Below, in pieces: positions 1-19,630 of a DNA stretch of 64,000 nt (its first letter is position 1; every line of letters starts with the position of its first letter). This DNA comes from the human T2T-CHM13v2.0 reference genome, Homo sapiens. The DNA lies in the NCBI RefSeq assembly GCF_009914755.1, contig NC_060934.1. The stretch is one strand, 5' to 3'. Under the pieces are notes generated by a model. The model saw only the letters and a list, made by a program, of their open reading frames with translations, was not told where the DNA came from and searched no databases. Both the position numbers and the translations under genes were made by a program.

Positions 1-1222
1 CTCCTTAGCACCATGATTAGCTACATTTAACCCCAATTTAGGGGAGTTACGACGGCTTTTCATCTCTTAAATAGAACACCAGAAAACTGCTTGATCACTT
101 AAAAACATTTTCCAAATAGGAGGTTATTGTAAAAATGTTACCTGACCTTTGCTCTACGAGGTTTTGCCCCATGTTACTTGGTGTTAGAATTTTACAATAT
201 CAGCATGTGCATTGAATTTCCATGTCTTTATAAAGCATGTTCCAGGATGCCTAATGCGTGAAGGGGTGGCTTTCTATTTATACTTCTTTTATAAACATAG
301 AGGTTTTCCTGTGTAATCTGATGAAATTAGGATGCACTCTGTTACACTGGAGTTTTCATGTAATTTTTTCCAGACTCACATAGTGCACATGCACCTTGTA
401 TTATTCTATTTTATTTTCTACCCAAAATTTAGCCAATCATGTCATCCAAGGAAATTATATTTATATATTTTAAAGTATAATCTATATGTTATGTAACATA
501 TAACAGATTATTTAATATGTATCTCATAATATATCATATACTTTATTAATCTATATAGAATACATCTCAATAAGAATCTGTTACAACTTGTACATTTGAG
601 GACTCCCTTATATGCAATTTCTAGCTGCACTAAAGCATTTGGCAATCCTTGTGTGTGTTTAATTCTGAAAACAACATTCAGTTTGATGTTCCTCCGCAAA
701 GACCAAGACTACTGTCATCCAGAAGAGAAAGGACTGTGCAGGCATACTTCAGAGAGACGAATACGCTGGGCACTAGAAACCCCCCTAGCTTCCTGGGTCC
801 CCTCTCCACGTAGGCACCTTTCACTCTTGATTGTACCAAGAGGTGCCCTGAACCTCACTATGGATCTGCGGCCCCAGTGTCTGATACAGAATCCCCACCT
901 ATGTGGGGTTCTTTTTTTGAAACATGTTCCTTAGATTTCAGTGGAAGTTTACAGTCTCTAGACATCCATTTGAATGACCTCATTGGAGACGCATGGAAGA
1001 GAAAAATCTGCTGGAACTTAAGAGTACCACTGTGTGCCTTTCTGTGTTCTATCATCTCAGGCAACTGATGCTTATGTTAAACCTCATGAAAAGGCAGCCA
1101 TGTGGTAGACTCGACAGCTACAGCTTCAGTTTGAAATAGGATGAGAAGAGACCACAGTACAGTGCTATTTACACTGGTGGCTCCTACCGGCTGCTCATCC
1201 TCTGAAGGGCGTGTATTAGAGC

Positions 1223-1524
1223 TTTTTTTCTTTTTTTTTTTTGAGATGGAGTCTTGTTGTGTCACCCAGGCTGGAGTGCAGAGACACGACCTTGGCTCAC
1301 TGCAACCTCTGCCTCCCAGGTTCAAGAAATTCTCCCTACCTCAGCCTCCCAAGTAGCTGGGATTACAGGAGCACACCACCACGCCTGGTTAATTTTGGTA
1401 TTTTTAGTAGAGACGGGATTTTGCCATGTTGCCCAGGCTGGTCTCAAACTCCTGACCTCAAGTGGTCCACCCACCTCGGATTCCCAAAATGCTGGGATTA
1501 CAGGCATGAACCACCGCACCTGGC
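1223..1524 (-). mobile_element. Alu (AluS-type)
   Basis: poly-T followed by complete antisense Alu dimer. Confidence 0.95.
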
Positions 1525-2286
1525 TGCCATCACAGTCTTGATAGAACTTACACATAACGTACTCTTTCTCACCCCAATCCCTGCATCTCTCTATCCCTCT
1601 AATGCATAAACTTCTGTCTTGGCAGTGCTACCAGGATATCTCTGGGCAAACAATCAGTGGATTTCTGCTGCTTCCCATAAGAAATTTGTATGAGGATCAA
1701 ATTGATGATCCTCCCATTAACAACACTTAACAACCAACAGCACCATGTTGCCAAGAATGGTGAAATATACAATAACAAATATTCATAGAAGTTCAGCAAT
1801 TAAAGAGATCATGTTAGATACATATAGACATACTCTGATTTTCTACTTTATTTGAGTGATGGGACATCTTTCCCTCAATTTAAACACTCTGTAATGGAAA
1901 TCGAAAATATGAACTATCTCCCACAGCTTTGTGGCTAAGAATCCTGTTACCCTAATAAGTTAAACAGCAGAAGTTCATTCTCTATTACTGGACCCGGTAC
2001 AAAATGAGGTTTTCTAGGGCTGGTTCCATATGCATATAATGCTAGAAGAGCTACTATAAAATAGCTATGTTCTTGTAACTAATCAAGGGTTATTTAGGGA
2101 AATATACCAGGATAATTTGAAAACTGTTGCTGGACTTACCTGCTCCAACTGTACAACTTACACATACAACCAAGTGTTCAAAAGCAAAATTAATGTTCAC
2201 AAGCAAAATTAACAGAATCTTCCTACAATCTCATCTAAAAAAGTTATCTCATGAGATATACATTTGACAGCAAAACTCCCAATCTT

Positions 2287-2601
<315 letters not shown>

Positions 2602-2995
2602 TGAATCAACCAGTCTTCTTGATGTAGTATCAGAAATACTTAGATGTAGCTTTAAAGGTCTATATGAAAATAGGATTACTGTACTTATCTCGGGAAACTT
2701 CTCCAAAATATTTAAACTAATTTAAAATAAAAGAATGTAACTGTTCGAAAGAAATAAGAATCGAAGCACCAAAACGATGCTACATATGGCTCCAAAAAAC
2801 AAAAGCAAAAGCCATAGTTCCAACTTTTAAGAACTTTTCCATAAGAAGCAATGTATATCCATAAAGCTAATATCTTCACTTTTCTCAGATATGGTAAAGT
2901 ATCTAGTGACTATATCACGGAAATGTAAATATGGAAAATGCATTTACTGAGCTTCATACAATACCCTGCTCCACTGAACAAGAAAATGATGGTGA

Positions 2996-3401
<406 letters not shown>

Positions 3402-3866
3402 TAAATTTTTCATGAAGGCACAAAGTCCCCTTATGAGAATCTGGAAGAATCTGGGAACTGCTTAGTTAATGAGCAGTATTAAGCATGTCTATGAAATTAA
3501 TGTACACACCTTTGCCAGCTTCAAAGATCTGTTGGAAGGCACCAGTGGAACGGTTGCCAAGGCAACCTAACCTGGTGGGGGAAAGATTCTGTGTGTCTTG
3601 GGTGTTTCCAGATCTGTCTTTATCTATAGATATGCATTTACAGTTTTTGTTTTTGTTTTTTTTGTTTTTTTTTGTCTAGGGCTTAGGGCTGGGACAAGAG
3701 CAAAATTACATACCTGTTTTGAAAAAGCAGCTTTAAGATGACGACGATGATGATGACTTTTAGCAAGTCATTACTCTCTCTGGGAAGAGACCAGTTAGAA
3801 AGTGCTACGTGGGAGCCAGTAGTGAAGAAACTGACTCATTAATTATTTTAGAATTAAAAAAAAATG

Positions 3867-4164
3867 GGCCGGGTGCGGTGGCTCATGCCTCTAATCCCAG
3901 CACTTTGGGAGGCGAGGTGGGCGGATCATGAGGTCAGGAGATTGAGACCATCCTGGCTAACACGATGAAACCCTGTCTCTCCTAAAAATACAGAAAATTA
4001 GACGGGCGTGGTGGTGGGTGCCTGTAGTCCCAGCTACTTGGGAGGCTGAGGCAGGAGAATGGTGTGAACCCGGGAGGCAGAGCTTGCAGCGAACTGAGCT
4101 AGCCTGGGCAACAGAGTGAGACTCCATCTCAAACAAACAAACAAACAAACAAACAAACAAAAAA
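3867..4164 (+). mobile_element. AluY-like element with (AAAC)n tail
   Basis: AluY diagnostics (gaccatcctggctaacac, gagaatggtgtgaacc, agcttgcag); short internal deletion before agcctggg. Confidence 0.9.
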
Positions 4165-4479
4165 GGGCAAAAAGGCAAGCTGAAGGGGCTTGCTGGAAAA
4201 CTATGGATGGCCTAAGTGTGTGAAGCTCTCTGACACTTGAAGTATTACAAAACAAGACAAAGGTCCCTGGAGCAGCTGAAGTTTAGTCAGTGCGGTGCTT
4301 AAATCATATACATATGGGCTTATCTTTTCCAAGAAAGATATTCAACAAGCTACAGTGAAGCTATTATTAAAGTTTTCTTTTCTGTTTCAGATGAAGCTGA
4401 AATATTTTAGGGCACTTTAGCATTTACATTACAAATATTCCTCCTGAGGAGTGGGCACAGAATGCACATTTCACGACCA

Positions 4480-5050
4480 CATGGTCTGGGGCTGGTTTCT
4501 AGGCTCCTCACTTAACCAGTCACGTGGTCTTGGCCAAGTTCACAGCCTCCTTGACCTGTCATTTCTGTGTCCAGAAAATATGGATACCAACTTCTTGAAA
4601 ACACTGTAAGATTGGTGGGTGGACTGCCTGGTGACTTTGTGAGGTGCCTGCTAGCAACAAAAGTATTCCTGATCTTTCCCCACCTGCAAGCATTCCACTA
4701 ACTTTATTTGGTGAAACAAAATCTCCAAAGCACCCTTTCCCCCTAAAAGCTTCTCAGTTAAGAACCCCCTCCCACCCCCCCAAAAAAATAAACAAAAAAA
4801 AAACTAGAAAAAGATAGTATGCTATTCAGAGTGCCGGGCTTTGGACTGACAACCTAGAGTTGATGGTCATCTTTGCCCTTTCTGGCTTACTGCTCTGAAG
4901 CAGAGTTTTCTCATCTGTAAGAAATGGGGTAGTGGCCCTGCCCATAATAATCTCATGGAGCTCTAGTGAGATCTCAAGGGTACAGTGCTTCCCACACACT
5001 GCAGCTGTGCACAGTGAGAGCTTAATCACTGCTAGCCATTTTTATAATTA
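4480..5050 (+). mobile_element. two MIR fragments
   Basis: MIR-core-like motifs, e.g. gttttctcatctgtaagaaatgggg and gtcttggccaagttcacagcctc. Confidence 0.6.
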
Positions 5051-5084
5051 GCCGATTGTTTCCCAACATTTGACTCTTGAATGA

Positions 5085-6057
<973 letters not shown>

Positions 6058-6343
6058 CTAAAGAACCCAAGGAACTATATGCATTATGAAGACATTTAGG
6101 CAGGAAAGGAGTGGACTACGGTCCTAGAGAAGAAATAGGGGAGTCAGAGATAAAGAAGACATAAGACAGTCCCAATTTTTGGGTAATGTCTTTTGGTTTA
6201 ATGAAGTGGGTTTTCAAATTCTTAAATCACCCTTTGCTGGGGATGGCCAAGATTGCCCTTTTCCCTTAGTAAATTCTAACTATTCCTGCTCTTTACACCA
6301 CACTTAGACCCCCACCTGCCAGCCACTCTGCTCCATTAGTTTA

Positions 6344-6706
<363 letters not shown>

Positions 6707-7080
6707 AACCCCATGTCATTCTAGACTGTGCCACATGGGTCCAGCCTTTCAAGAAGCAGAATCTGAAGGTTTTCCTCTCCAAGCATTAGTGAGTGTTTTG
6801 TTTGTTTTTATAGCACTGATCATCTTAGTTCCCTTTTAAACCTGAAGGGTTGCAAAGCCACATTTAGGTCATCACAAGCAGTAACCCAAGGAGCAGAATT
6901 AAAGTGATATGCTAATTAGGTTGCCAGTTGCCACTCATTTAACATTCAAAAATGTGCATGTGTTTAGTGAAATACTATTTCTGCTTTCTACATTTGACTG
7001 AATAAATTCTGTATTAATGGAACAGCATGGTAAACTATGCTGACGCCTACAAGTCATGAAACCTTAAAATGTCTTGATTA

Positions 7081-7381
<301 letters not shown>

Positions 7382-8299
7382 TTACCTCAATATTTATGAA
7401 ATTTATGAAATATTTTTATAATTTATAGTTTTTATAATTATTTTTAAAATTTATAGGAGTTTTCTAAGAACTTTAAAATCACACACGATTGAAATTTCCT
7501 GCTTCATCTATGGGGGAATAAATAACTACTTTGAACAGCGCAGCACCGTTCCTGGTGATTTTTTTCCGCAGTGAACATCAGCATACGGTATTTTCCACAC
7601 AGTTTAAGTTTCTAGAATGGTTCTTAGTTCGTGTCAAATGGAGGAAACTTTCATCTTTTAATCTTTATAGCTCATGTCCTGGCAGCAATGTCAATACAGG
7701 GGGCTTGACTTCCCTCTCTCGCCTGGAGAAATAAGAGTTCCAGCCACCCCTTCACTGCCATCTCAATTCATAATGCTACAACAGACAATGGAAAGTTGTT
7801 TTTCCAAGTAGCAGAACAGAGGCTCCGCCATTATTTTGTCTTACATTTACAAGTTGATGCTATTTTAAATTATCCTTCACATTGGTGTTCCTAAATGTCA
7901 CCTGCCCAATGGGTCACAGACGTATATACTATACCAAATAATCACTTGGCTCAGACCAAGAACTGAAGTTAGGAGAGTTGCAGGATCAGTGACGACGTGC
8001 CCAAGAACACCCATCAGTTAAAGGAGTTAGGAATACAAGCGTGGGCAGAAAAGTCCACGTATGAAAGAGATTAAGTCAAGTCCTAGGACGGCCCATTGCT
8101 GACCTGCCCTCCTTGTGCGGGAGCCACATGGAGAAAGTGTCGTTTGTGCCACAGGCATGCAGGGACAGGACGATTTCCCGGGGCTGATGGTGCATCTTCC
8201 CAATGGAACAAACCCAAAGAGACTGGCAATGGAGAAAAAGTTGCAGAAAGTGTCAGAAGCTTCCTCCCCAAAGGATGAAACAATGGGCTTTTGGATGTG

Positions 8300-8385
8300 C
8301 TATAATCCTCAACCCTTCATTCTGCAGATGAGGAACTTGAGGTTTTCATTCAAGGTTATGTAGCTACTCATAACTGAGAAGGGAC
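8300..8385 (-). mobile_element. MIR fragment
   Basis: cccttcattctgcagatgaggaacttgagg core. Confidence 0.55.
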
Positions 8386-8400
8386 CGTCATGGTGAGTAG

Positions 8401-9300
<900 letters not shown>

Positions 9301-9569
9301 AGTAGATGACTCAAGGTTTTCCCGGTGAAGATACGCCATGAACAAGGTACAGGTGCAGAACTAGTTTTATTTATACTTGCTGCAAGGAAGATCTTTGTAA
9401 CAGTTTAGGCTGCATGAATAAACAGTAAATTCTAGATCACAGAAAATATTAATCTGGAGAGAGGAAATGTCTGGTTAGGTAAGCACAATAAAAGACTCAG
9501 TATCAGACCTGATGAACCTCTCACGTCACCTTCCCGACTCTATAATGTCTATAAAAGAACTGAATGGAG

Positions 9570-9868
<299 letters not shown>

Positions 9869-10547
9869 TCAGAAGAGTGAATGAAAAATTTCAGACTTTG
9901 GACAGCAAAAAATCACTGAAGATTTTTGAGCAGGGAAGTGGTTAATTGTACATCCAATATGCAAATTGGACTGCCACAGAAGGACACTGTGGGGTGAACC
10001 CATGGTGAAAGTCCAGCCCTAAAATCGGAGAAAGGCTTGCTGGTGCCTATGTGCCTGTGCACGAACACGGGGACAGACATAGGAGGAAGACTAACGCCAA
10101 ACTTCAGATCCTCTCTCAACACAGGCGAGGAGGGTGGCCTGGACAGAGCTCTTAGTGGAACTGCTCTCAAAATATCATCAGAACGGGGTCTGACAGCATG
10201 GACAAGATCATGTAAAGGAATCGCACAAATAGAGCATGATCCATGGATAACATGATAAATGTATCACGGGCATGGGTCTCGTGTGCAACTCGACCGTATG
10301 TTTCTTGCTGGGGCAAGCCCCTATCTTCACATTCAGATGTGCATTTACCTGAATAATGTGATTGAGAAGATTTTAAGTTACAGATTTCAATTCAGGTGTT
10401 TCACTGAGGCTATGACAGGTAAACTGTTTGGGGTTCTTCTTTGAAAAAGTCAAATTAAAATATTTAAATTGTGCAGAGGAAAAAATGCTTACATCATTGT
10501 CATCAATATCAATGTAATTTATTTAACCCTTTTAGGATTAGCCATTC

Positions 10548-10842
<295 letters not shown>

Positions 10843-11540
10843 ATAGCCATTCTTTTTCAATGGACTGTCACGACCATCAGATTTAAGGTGAAGAATCTCA
10901 AGGATGACCACCCAAAAATATAAATGAGGGCAGTGACTGAAAGCCACATCTTAAGTACAACTATCTGCAGCCAGAGAAGCAGCAGTTCCATCCAGAATCC
11001 TTTTCTTCTACTCAATTAGGTCCTATCCACCTTCTCACCGGAACTAAGTCCAGCTGACATCCATCATGACTAACAGTCCTGCCAGACCAAGCCTCCTAGA
11101 GCACGGCTTTCCATCACGCCATGTGCCCTTCAAAAACACTCAGTGATTCTGAAGACACGGAACCCTCTCCAGGGCTTTCGGTCACTGCAGTTCACAGGTG
11201 CGGATATCCACTTACATCCAGGGTACTGTGGAAAGGCTCTCTGTTGGGTGACCTTATTTCCTGCTTCTATGTGCTGACCCAGGAGCATGAGGATGACACC
11301 ATCAGCCCACCCGCAAGAGGGCACATACCTTGATTTGTTTTTCAGAAAGTTGGAATCTGCACAAACCCTGCAAATTCCCATTTGCTTGCAGGGTGCAAAT
11401 GCATGTCATATACACAGGCCATATGGGGGCTGAACCTGCAACTCTGACACGACACAGACGTGATTCTAACAGGCTGAGCTAACAGGCCATACACAGGATC
11501 AAATAGTGAAGATTCCATCTTAAAGTAGAAAGCGACTTGA

Positions 11541-11871
<331 letters not shown>

Positions 11872-11985
11872 CTACCACCACAAAACCATGGGTATATTCT
11901 TCCAATACTGTGATGTTTCCTTCCTAATCAACCAACCAATAAGTCTTATTTAGGAGCACAGAGGCAATGTGGGGGAATTAATGCC

Positions 11986-12275
11986 TTTTTTTTTTTTTGA
12001 GACAGCATTTTGTTCTGTTGCCCAGGCTGCAGTGCAGTGGCTACAGCTCACTGCAGCCTCGAATCCTTGGGCTCAAGCGATCCTCCTACCTCAGCCTCCC
12101 AGGTAACTGGGACCAAAGGCACATGCCACCATACTGGGCTCATTTTTTATTTTTTAATTTTTTTGTAGAGATGAGGTCTAGCTATGTTGCCCATGCTGGT
12201 CTTAACCTCCTGGCCTCAAGTAATCCACCTCGGCCTCTCAAAGTGTTGGGATTACAGGCATGAGCTACCAGGCCC
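11986..12275 (-). mobile_element. Alu (AluJ-type)
   Basis: antisense dimer, gggctcaagcgatcctcc. Confidence 0.92.
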
Positions 12276-12542
12276 AGAAAAATTTTACTTTCATTAGGAA
12301 GTGTTAAACAATGTTGTCACTCTCATGCTGTCCACACTAACATTTGTCTTTCAAAATCAGTGGTTGTCAGGCACACAATCTAACTGCAACACATTATACT
12401 CTACTTGCAAGTATACAATCAGAGTACATAGGATTTACTTAGGAAGGGCATATACTCTCATGTCAGAAAGCAAAGCAAAATTGCTACCTCATTGTGAAAA
12501 TTAATAAATGCTAGGGGGAGGTTATAAAAGGAAATCTTGTAA

Positions 12543-13136
<594 letters not shown>

Positions 13137-13394
13137 TGACAAAGCCTATTTTAATCAGTATTTCCATAAATTGTTATTTTTACAACTTAAAAAAACCAAA
13201 TAAAATCTTAGCATGAACAACTATTCCTTATTGCAAACCTGGTCCTACTTTGTATTTTGAATATTCAGCTTTCTTGCTCATTTCTTACTATGTAATCTGT
13301 AAGCAATAAATTAATGGATGTACATAACATAAACATGAACTTAAATGTAATACAAATTAGGAACAAGCAGAAACCAAATTTAACTTACTACTAT

Positions 13395-13677
<283 letters not shown>

Positions 13678-14411
13678 AAGTTTATCTTATTTTTCTAATG
13701 CACATATTTACTGAAATAACCAATGAGCTGAACACTGGCTCACAACTCATGATTTAAAAGCTATGTAAAGCAAACCACAGCATTCAAAGTCTTGGCCGAC
13801 AATTGCCCATATTTAAAATGAAATACTCAATAGCATGTGAACTTGAATCTACAAACAAAACAAAGTATTTGGAGGGGAAGAAGCTAATCCCACCTAACTT
13901 CTAAAGACTTTCCTCAGGACTTGCAGGAAATCTGCATTTTCTATGCCTTCTTTTCTCCAATGTGAAAAACAAATGAATTAAAATTGCAGGTAATATTTAC
14001 CTGTGCTGCTAATATTTAAACACAGCAAACTTTCAGTGATCATTAAATTATTTTTGCTTAGTGACTGGGTAAATGTTCAGTTAGGAGGAAAGAACACAAA
14101 AGATATGTTTCATTTCTAACCTCTAATCTCTAACGTTTGTAGTCTCTGGTATTTTTGTTGAGCAACAAATACAAGTTGTCTTTGGGTGTAGGACGCACTA
14201 GCCTAAAACTAAAAAAGTTGGGCTTAAGAATCCGATGATACTTGATAGTCAAATTTTCTTTCTGGCCTTCAAAAACCAAATATATAAAAGAATGGCCAGT
14301 TTCCAGTTTCTGTTGCAATGCCTGTGTGGGGGCAGGTGCAGACTGGGGGAAAGTGTTTGGTGAGCAGGAATTTGGTGGGTAAGAGGAACGAAAAATTTTT
14401 TAAAATCCCTA

Positions 14412-15013
<602 letters not shown>

Positions 15014-16109
15014 GACCCATTGGGTTTAAGCCTGAAGCCTCCAGAGGGTCTCCTTCCCTTTCCATCTCTCTGTACCTGGAAGGCAGCTCTGTGGCAGGAT
15101 GGACCCCAAGCACGTGGGTCTTGGAGCAGGGCTGGGAAGACAGAGCCCTCCAGGAGGGGCTGAGTCCAGGCCAGCATGAGATACAGGGGACCTAGGGCTG
15201 CTGGAAGGATGGGCTGCTGGGGCGTATCTCTGTTCCAAGCCTTATCCCTGCTCTTCATGCAGTTACAGCCTGATAGGCCCACCCACAGGCTACTGCCCCC
15301 TGTTCCTCAAACAATACACATTTACAGTTGTTGCCTTTAAAAAGAAAAAACAGGCCACTTATTTTACACTCAGGGTCTAAGCATTTCTGTTTGCAGAGAC
15401 TGGGCAGGCTTCTGTATCTTTACAAGCACATGCTTTCTGCAGCATGGGTATATTCTCAATGTATTTGTTGCAGGATTGTCTATTTTTGCATTTGACATTT
15501 CAATGACTTAGAGGGGGAGGAAGAAGATTGGAGAAAAAAATTAAGCCTATATTCCCTTTTAGTTATTTTTGACCCACTTGCTGCAAAAATAGGGAATGGC
15601 ACTGGAAGGCTCCACTCTGTAGGAAGTAACCTTCGCCTTCCCTGGGTAAATGCTTTTGTTTCCTCCTTCAAACAGATTGCATTGCTCTCCTGGCATTAAA
15701 AATGAGAAATAAATTTAGCTTCATCTCCATATATCCTGGGATTCCCCTTAAATAAGCTCTAAAGCATTCTTCTGGGTGGCTTAGTATGAAATGCAGTCCC
15801 TGGTTTCTTCCCGCCCCACAGCCCCCTAGTAAGCCGCCCCACCCCACCTGGGAGGCATAGAGTAGGAGGTGATTGCTCTCAAGATAAAGAAGGCGGCATC
15901 ACGTTTTCCCCCTGGAAGAACAGAAGCACCTGAGGTCCAGGAGAGTAAAGGAGAATTCTCCTCTGCCTAGCCTTTTCTGTGCATGTGACAGGGTATTTTC
16001 TCTCATTCACAGTCAATATGGCTTTGATAACAGCTCCAAGAAAAATGATGCCTAGACAGTGCTAGTCCAAGGTGCCAGTGAAACTGAAGGCCTCATCCTA
16101 CATGTGAAT

Positions 16110-16300
16110 GTTCCTCACGTACATTACGTGATTATTTACTGTTACAGTGAGGTATGTGAGATCAGCCCCATTTTTAAAGACAAGGAAGCTGACTCGGAGA
16201 AGGTGAGTGACCTGCCCAGGGCACACAGCTGCCACCCAGCAGAGCTGAGATTCAAGCGTGCATCTTCTAAATCTCGTGCACTTCCTATTATACCAAAGCT
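16110..16300 (-). mobile_element. MIR
   Basis: cccatttttaaagacaaggaagctgactcggagaaggtgagtgacctgcccaggg. Confidence 0.7.
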
Positions 16301-16844
16301 GCCTCCCATTCAAGTTCCAGGCATGGCCTTTTGAATCGGACCAGATCGGGTCATCGAAAGAGAGGATCAAAAGCCCCCTGCTTATAAAAGTGAGCTTGAA
16401 AGAAGAATAGGAAAGAAAATATGCTTCATAAACAAAGCAGCAAGGTTAGAAATGGAGAGACGCTCACTCCAACTGTCACTCTAAGTCTAAAGCCCTGTTG
16501 CTTACTCGCTGCTGAACTCCAAAAGGAGTCTGCTGCTATGGTGGGGAGCTTTCGAATATTTTTAAAGCCTCTGAACCCTTTAAAGATAAAATGCTATGCT
16601 GACACTAAGTAAAATTAGAGCTTGCTCTGGTTAAAGCCAGTGGGGCAACACTGGGGGTATGCACGAGTCTCGGGGGGCTCCACCTTCTCAGGGACCCTCT
16701 CCTGTCCCTCCATACCCCCAGGGCTGTGCAGCTCAGATTGTGGCTCACAGAGGTGCCCGGCTGCAAACTGAACTGTTTGTTACTCTTTTTAAAAATCTGT
16801 CACCGGAATGTAAATCAACTACTGGAATGAGTTCAGCACTGTGT

Positions 16845-17161
<317 letters not shown>

Positions 17162-17189
17162 TTGCACTTTTTTATTCTCTACTTTTGAG

Positions 17190-17271
17190 CGAGATGTTCT
17201 TGATGAAGCAAGCAGACCCCTGATTTCCATTCTGGCCTGGGCTCTGCATCTCCCTGTGTGCCAGGAACAAA
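17190..17271 (+). repeat. ~80-bp direct repeat, copy 1
   Basis: ~90% identical to 18710-18789. Confidence 0.9.
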
Positions 17272-17849
17272 GCACTGGCCCAGAAACCAGCTCCAGAGAC
17301 ACGTAGAGTCCCAGGGCACTGGATGGGAGCACGGTTCCTCCTCCGTGGAAACACACTGGGAATTCCTACTCTGACCCACTGCTTTGCAGCAGTAAACCTC
17401 CTGTTCCAGGACCCAGCAGCCTCAGGAGGAAAAACTCCAGCACTGGTGGCTGAAATGCTTTCAGGGTTTGCCACTCACTTTCCAGCCCTGGGCAGCCAGC
17501 CCATTCCATGCCTGTGTGGTTCTGGATATTAGAAAATCCTTTCTTTCCTTGACCTAAAATTTTCCCTCTTGGAACTTCTCTGTCCTCGTGGTCTTAACTC
17601 TGGCACCAAGGGTCCAAGATTAACACTTAATCTTCCTCCTAAAGAACCAGCCTAGAAAGAAATTGAAGATGAAAATATATAAACCGTGGACTGCCTTTAA
17701 AGAGATACTGTAACAAGTCAGCTTTCTTACAATAAAGGAACTGACCACTTAGAAAATGCAGGAGAGTTCTGAGTACCGGTAGGTTTGTAACTTGTGAGTT
17801 TTTGCAGATTTCCAAGTCTTTCATAAGAAATCACATCCAAACGCCAAGG

Positions 17850-19140
17850 AAAATGAAGGTGCATACATAAACATCCCGAGGGTGAAGGAAAACAGCTTCC
17901 CACGGTGAATAATGCCATTCACGGTTCACATTGTCATCCTTAATTTGGAAGAAATAAAATATGTTTAATGGAAACTGCTTTAAGGTTTGCAAGAGTGTGT
18001 GATCAGAGAAAAGCAAGCCTCCACCTTCCCCAACCGAGGGTTGATCTGTTTCCTGCCAGGACAGAAGAGAACTTTGTGTGAATCCACACGCTCTGTACAA
18101 GGCAGAATCACTCCCCACTTCCTCGATCTGCATAGTGCAAGGCAACGACGGGATCTGGCCTCTCCTCCTGTTATCTTTCCTGAAGCCTTTTCTGTGTCGC
18201 TGGCAGATATTTCCTGTTGACACTGTGCCTCCCCAATCAGTTTCCACTGCCAGAACCCCATAATGTGAAGCGTGACACGCCAAGCGTCTGGTCATGCGGT
18301 ATCTGGTAGGATAAACCGTCACCCTACAACTGGGGAAGGATTTCAAAACAGGAGGCACGTCGTGTGTTATTATAACAAAGGGCTGAATGCACATCACCAT
18401 TGCCACTGAGATCTTAACATTCCTAGCAAAAAAGAAAAAAAAAAGAAAGAAATCTCCATGTGGCATGTTTTAGAGCTCTTATTTAAGTGGACTGACCAAA
18501 TATCCAATTCTCAAACACAGTAGACCCCAGGCACTTGCAGAGTTTAACTTTGGCTGTTTTATCTATTTCTATGTCTTTTTGAGGCTGGCCATACGGGGAA
18601 GACTGTCATTTGCCTAGGGTGTGAATCAAGTCCATTGTATAAGGAACATGGGTTACCGGGTCCATCTGGCCAACTGTCCAATACCCCTGGCTTGACCTAA
18701 AATTGGGACCGAGGTGTTCTCGTTGAAGCAATCAGACCTGATTTCCATTTTGGCCTGGGCTCTGCATTTCCCTGTGTGACAGGAACAAATAATGGAATGC
18801 TGCAGTTTTCTGCATCCTATTATTTCGGGGGAAAGAGTTCAAGGGCCCCAGCACTCTTCTGCTTTGCTGGTGCAGATCAAGGCATTTCATCCCAACTCCA
18901 AAGACGCCAACCACGAAATGGCACAGGTTCCTGGCGTGCCCAGGTGGGAAGTTGGGGAGTATCCGCTGCCACATTCCTGTCACTTCTCACGAGCCCAGGA
19001 ACGACTTCCAAGCCAGCACCCCTGCCACCTCGGCCTGGCCTGCAGCCGCGGGGAGGAGGCTGGTTGGCGCTGTCTGGGCCCTGTCTCTCCGGTTCCTCCG
19101 GGATGGGTGGCTGAGTTTCAGCTGAGCCTAGCCTTTCCTC
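17850..19140. promoter_or_regulatory. CpG-retaining unique region, putative enhancer or alternative promoter
   Basis: more CpG than flanks by eye; ETS-like CACTTCC/ACTTCC, GATA (ttatct), GC-rich 18960-19130. Confidence 0.35.
18710..18789 (+). repeat. ~80-bp direct repeat, copy 2
   Basis: shared core tgatttccatt(c/t)tggcctgggctctgcat(c/t)tccctgtgtg. Confidence 0.9.
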
Positions 19141-19209
19141 ATATCAGAATGGTACGATCTCAGACTCCAGTTTGGAATTCGAGAAGAGGTCACCCTCAGG
19201 CCTTTTTAT

Positions 19210-19355
19210 TATTTTTTAAAACCAACCTGGTTGAGGTATAATTTAGATATAATAAAGTCCATCCATTTTAATGAAGTGTACAGTTTAATGAAGTTGGACA
19301 CACGTATACACCTGTGTAATTCCTACCACAATGAGGACAGACAGACAACATTTCC
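19210..19355 (-). mobile_element. old L1M 3'-end fragment
   Basis: ttgaggtataatttagatataataaa...gtgtacagtttaatgaa...cacctgtgtaa pattern. Confidence 0.65.
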
Positions 19356-19384
19356 GCCTGTCCTTGGATCCATCTAATATAGGA

Positions 19385-19630
19385 AGGCAGAGAGTGGTTC
19401 CACTCTGGAGCCAAGCTGCTCTGTCATGTCCTGGCTGTGATGGGCGCAAGCTGTCTCATCTTCCTTTGTCTCGGTTTCTCCCATCTGCAAAACGGGTCAA
19501 GTATTAACATCGAAAACACCGTACTTTGAGTGTTAGTTGTGTGGTTTGATATGTGTAGAACATTCACATCTGTGCAGGCCCGTGGCTAGCCTTTCACGGT
19601 GTGGGCTTTGTTATCATCACTATTATTATG
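19385..19630 (+). mobile_element. MIR
   Basis: tctcggtttctcccatctgcaaaacggg core. Confidence 0.65.
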
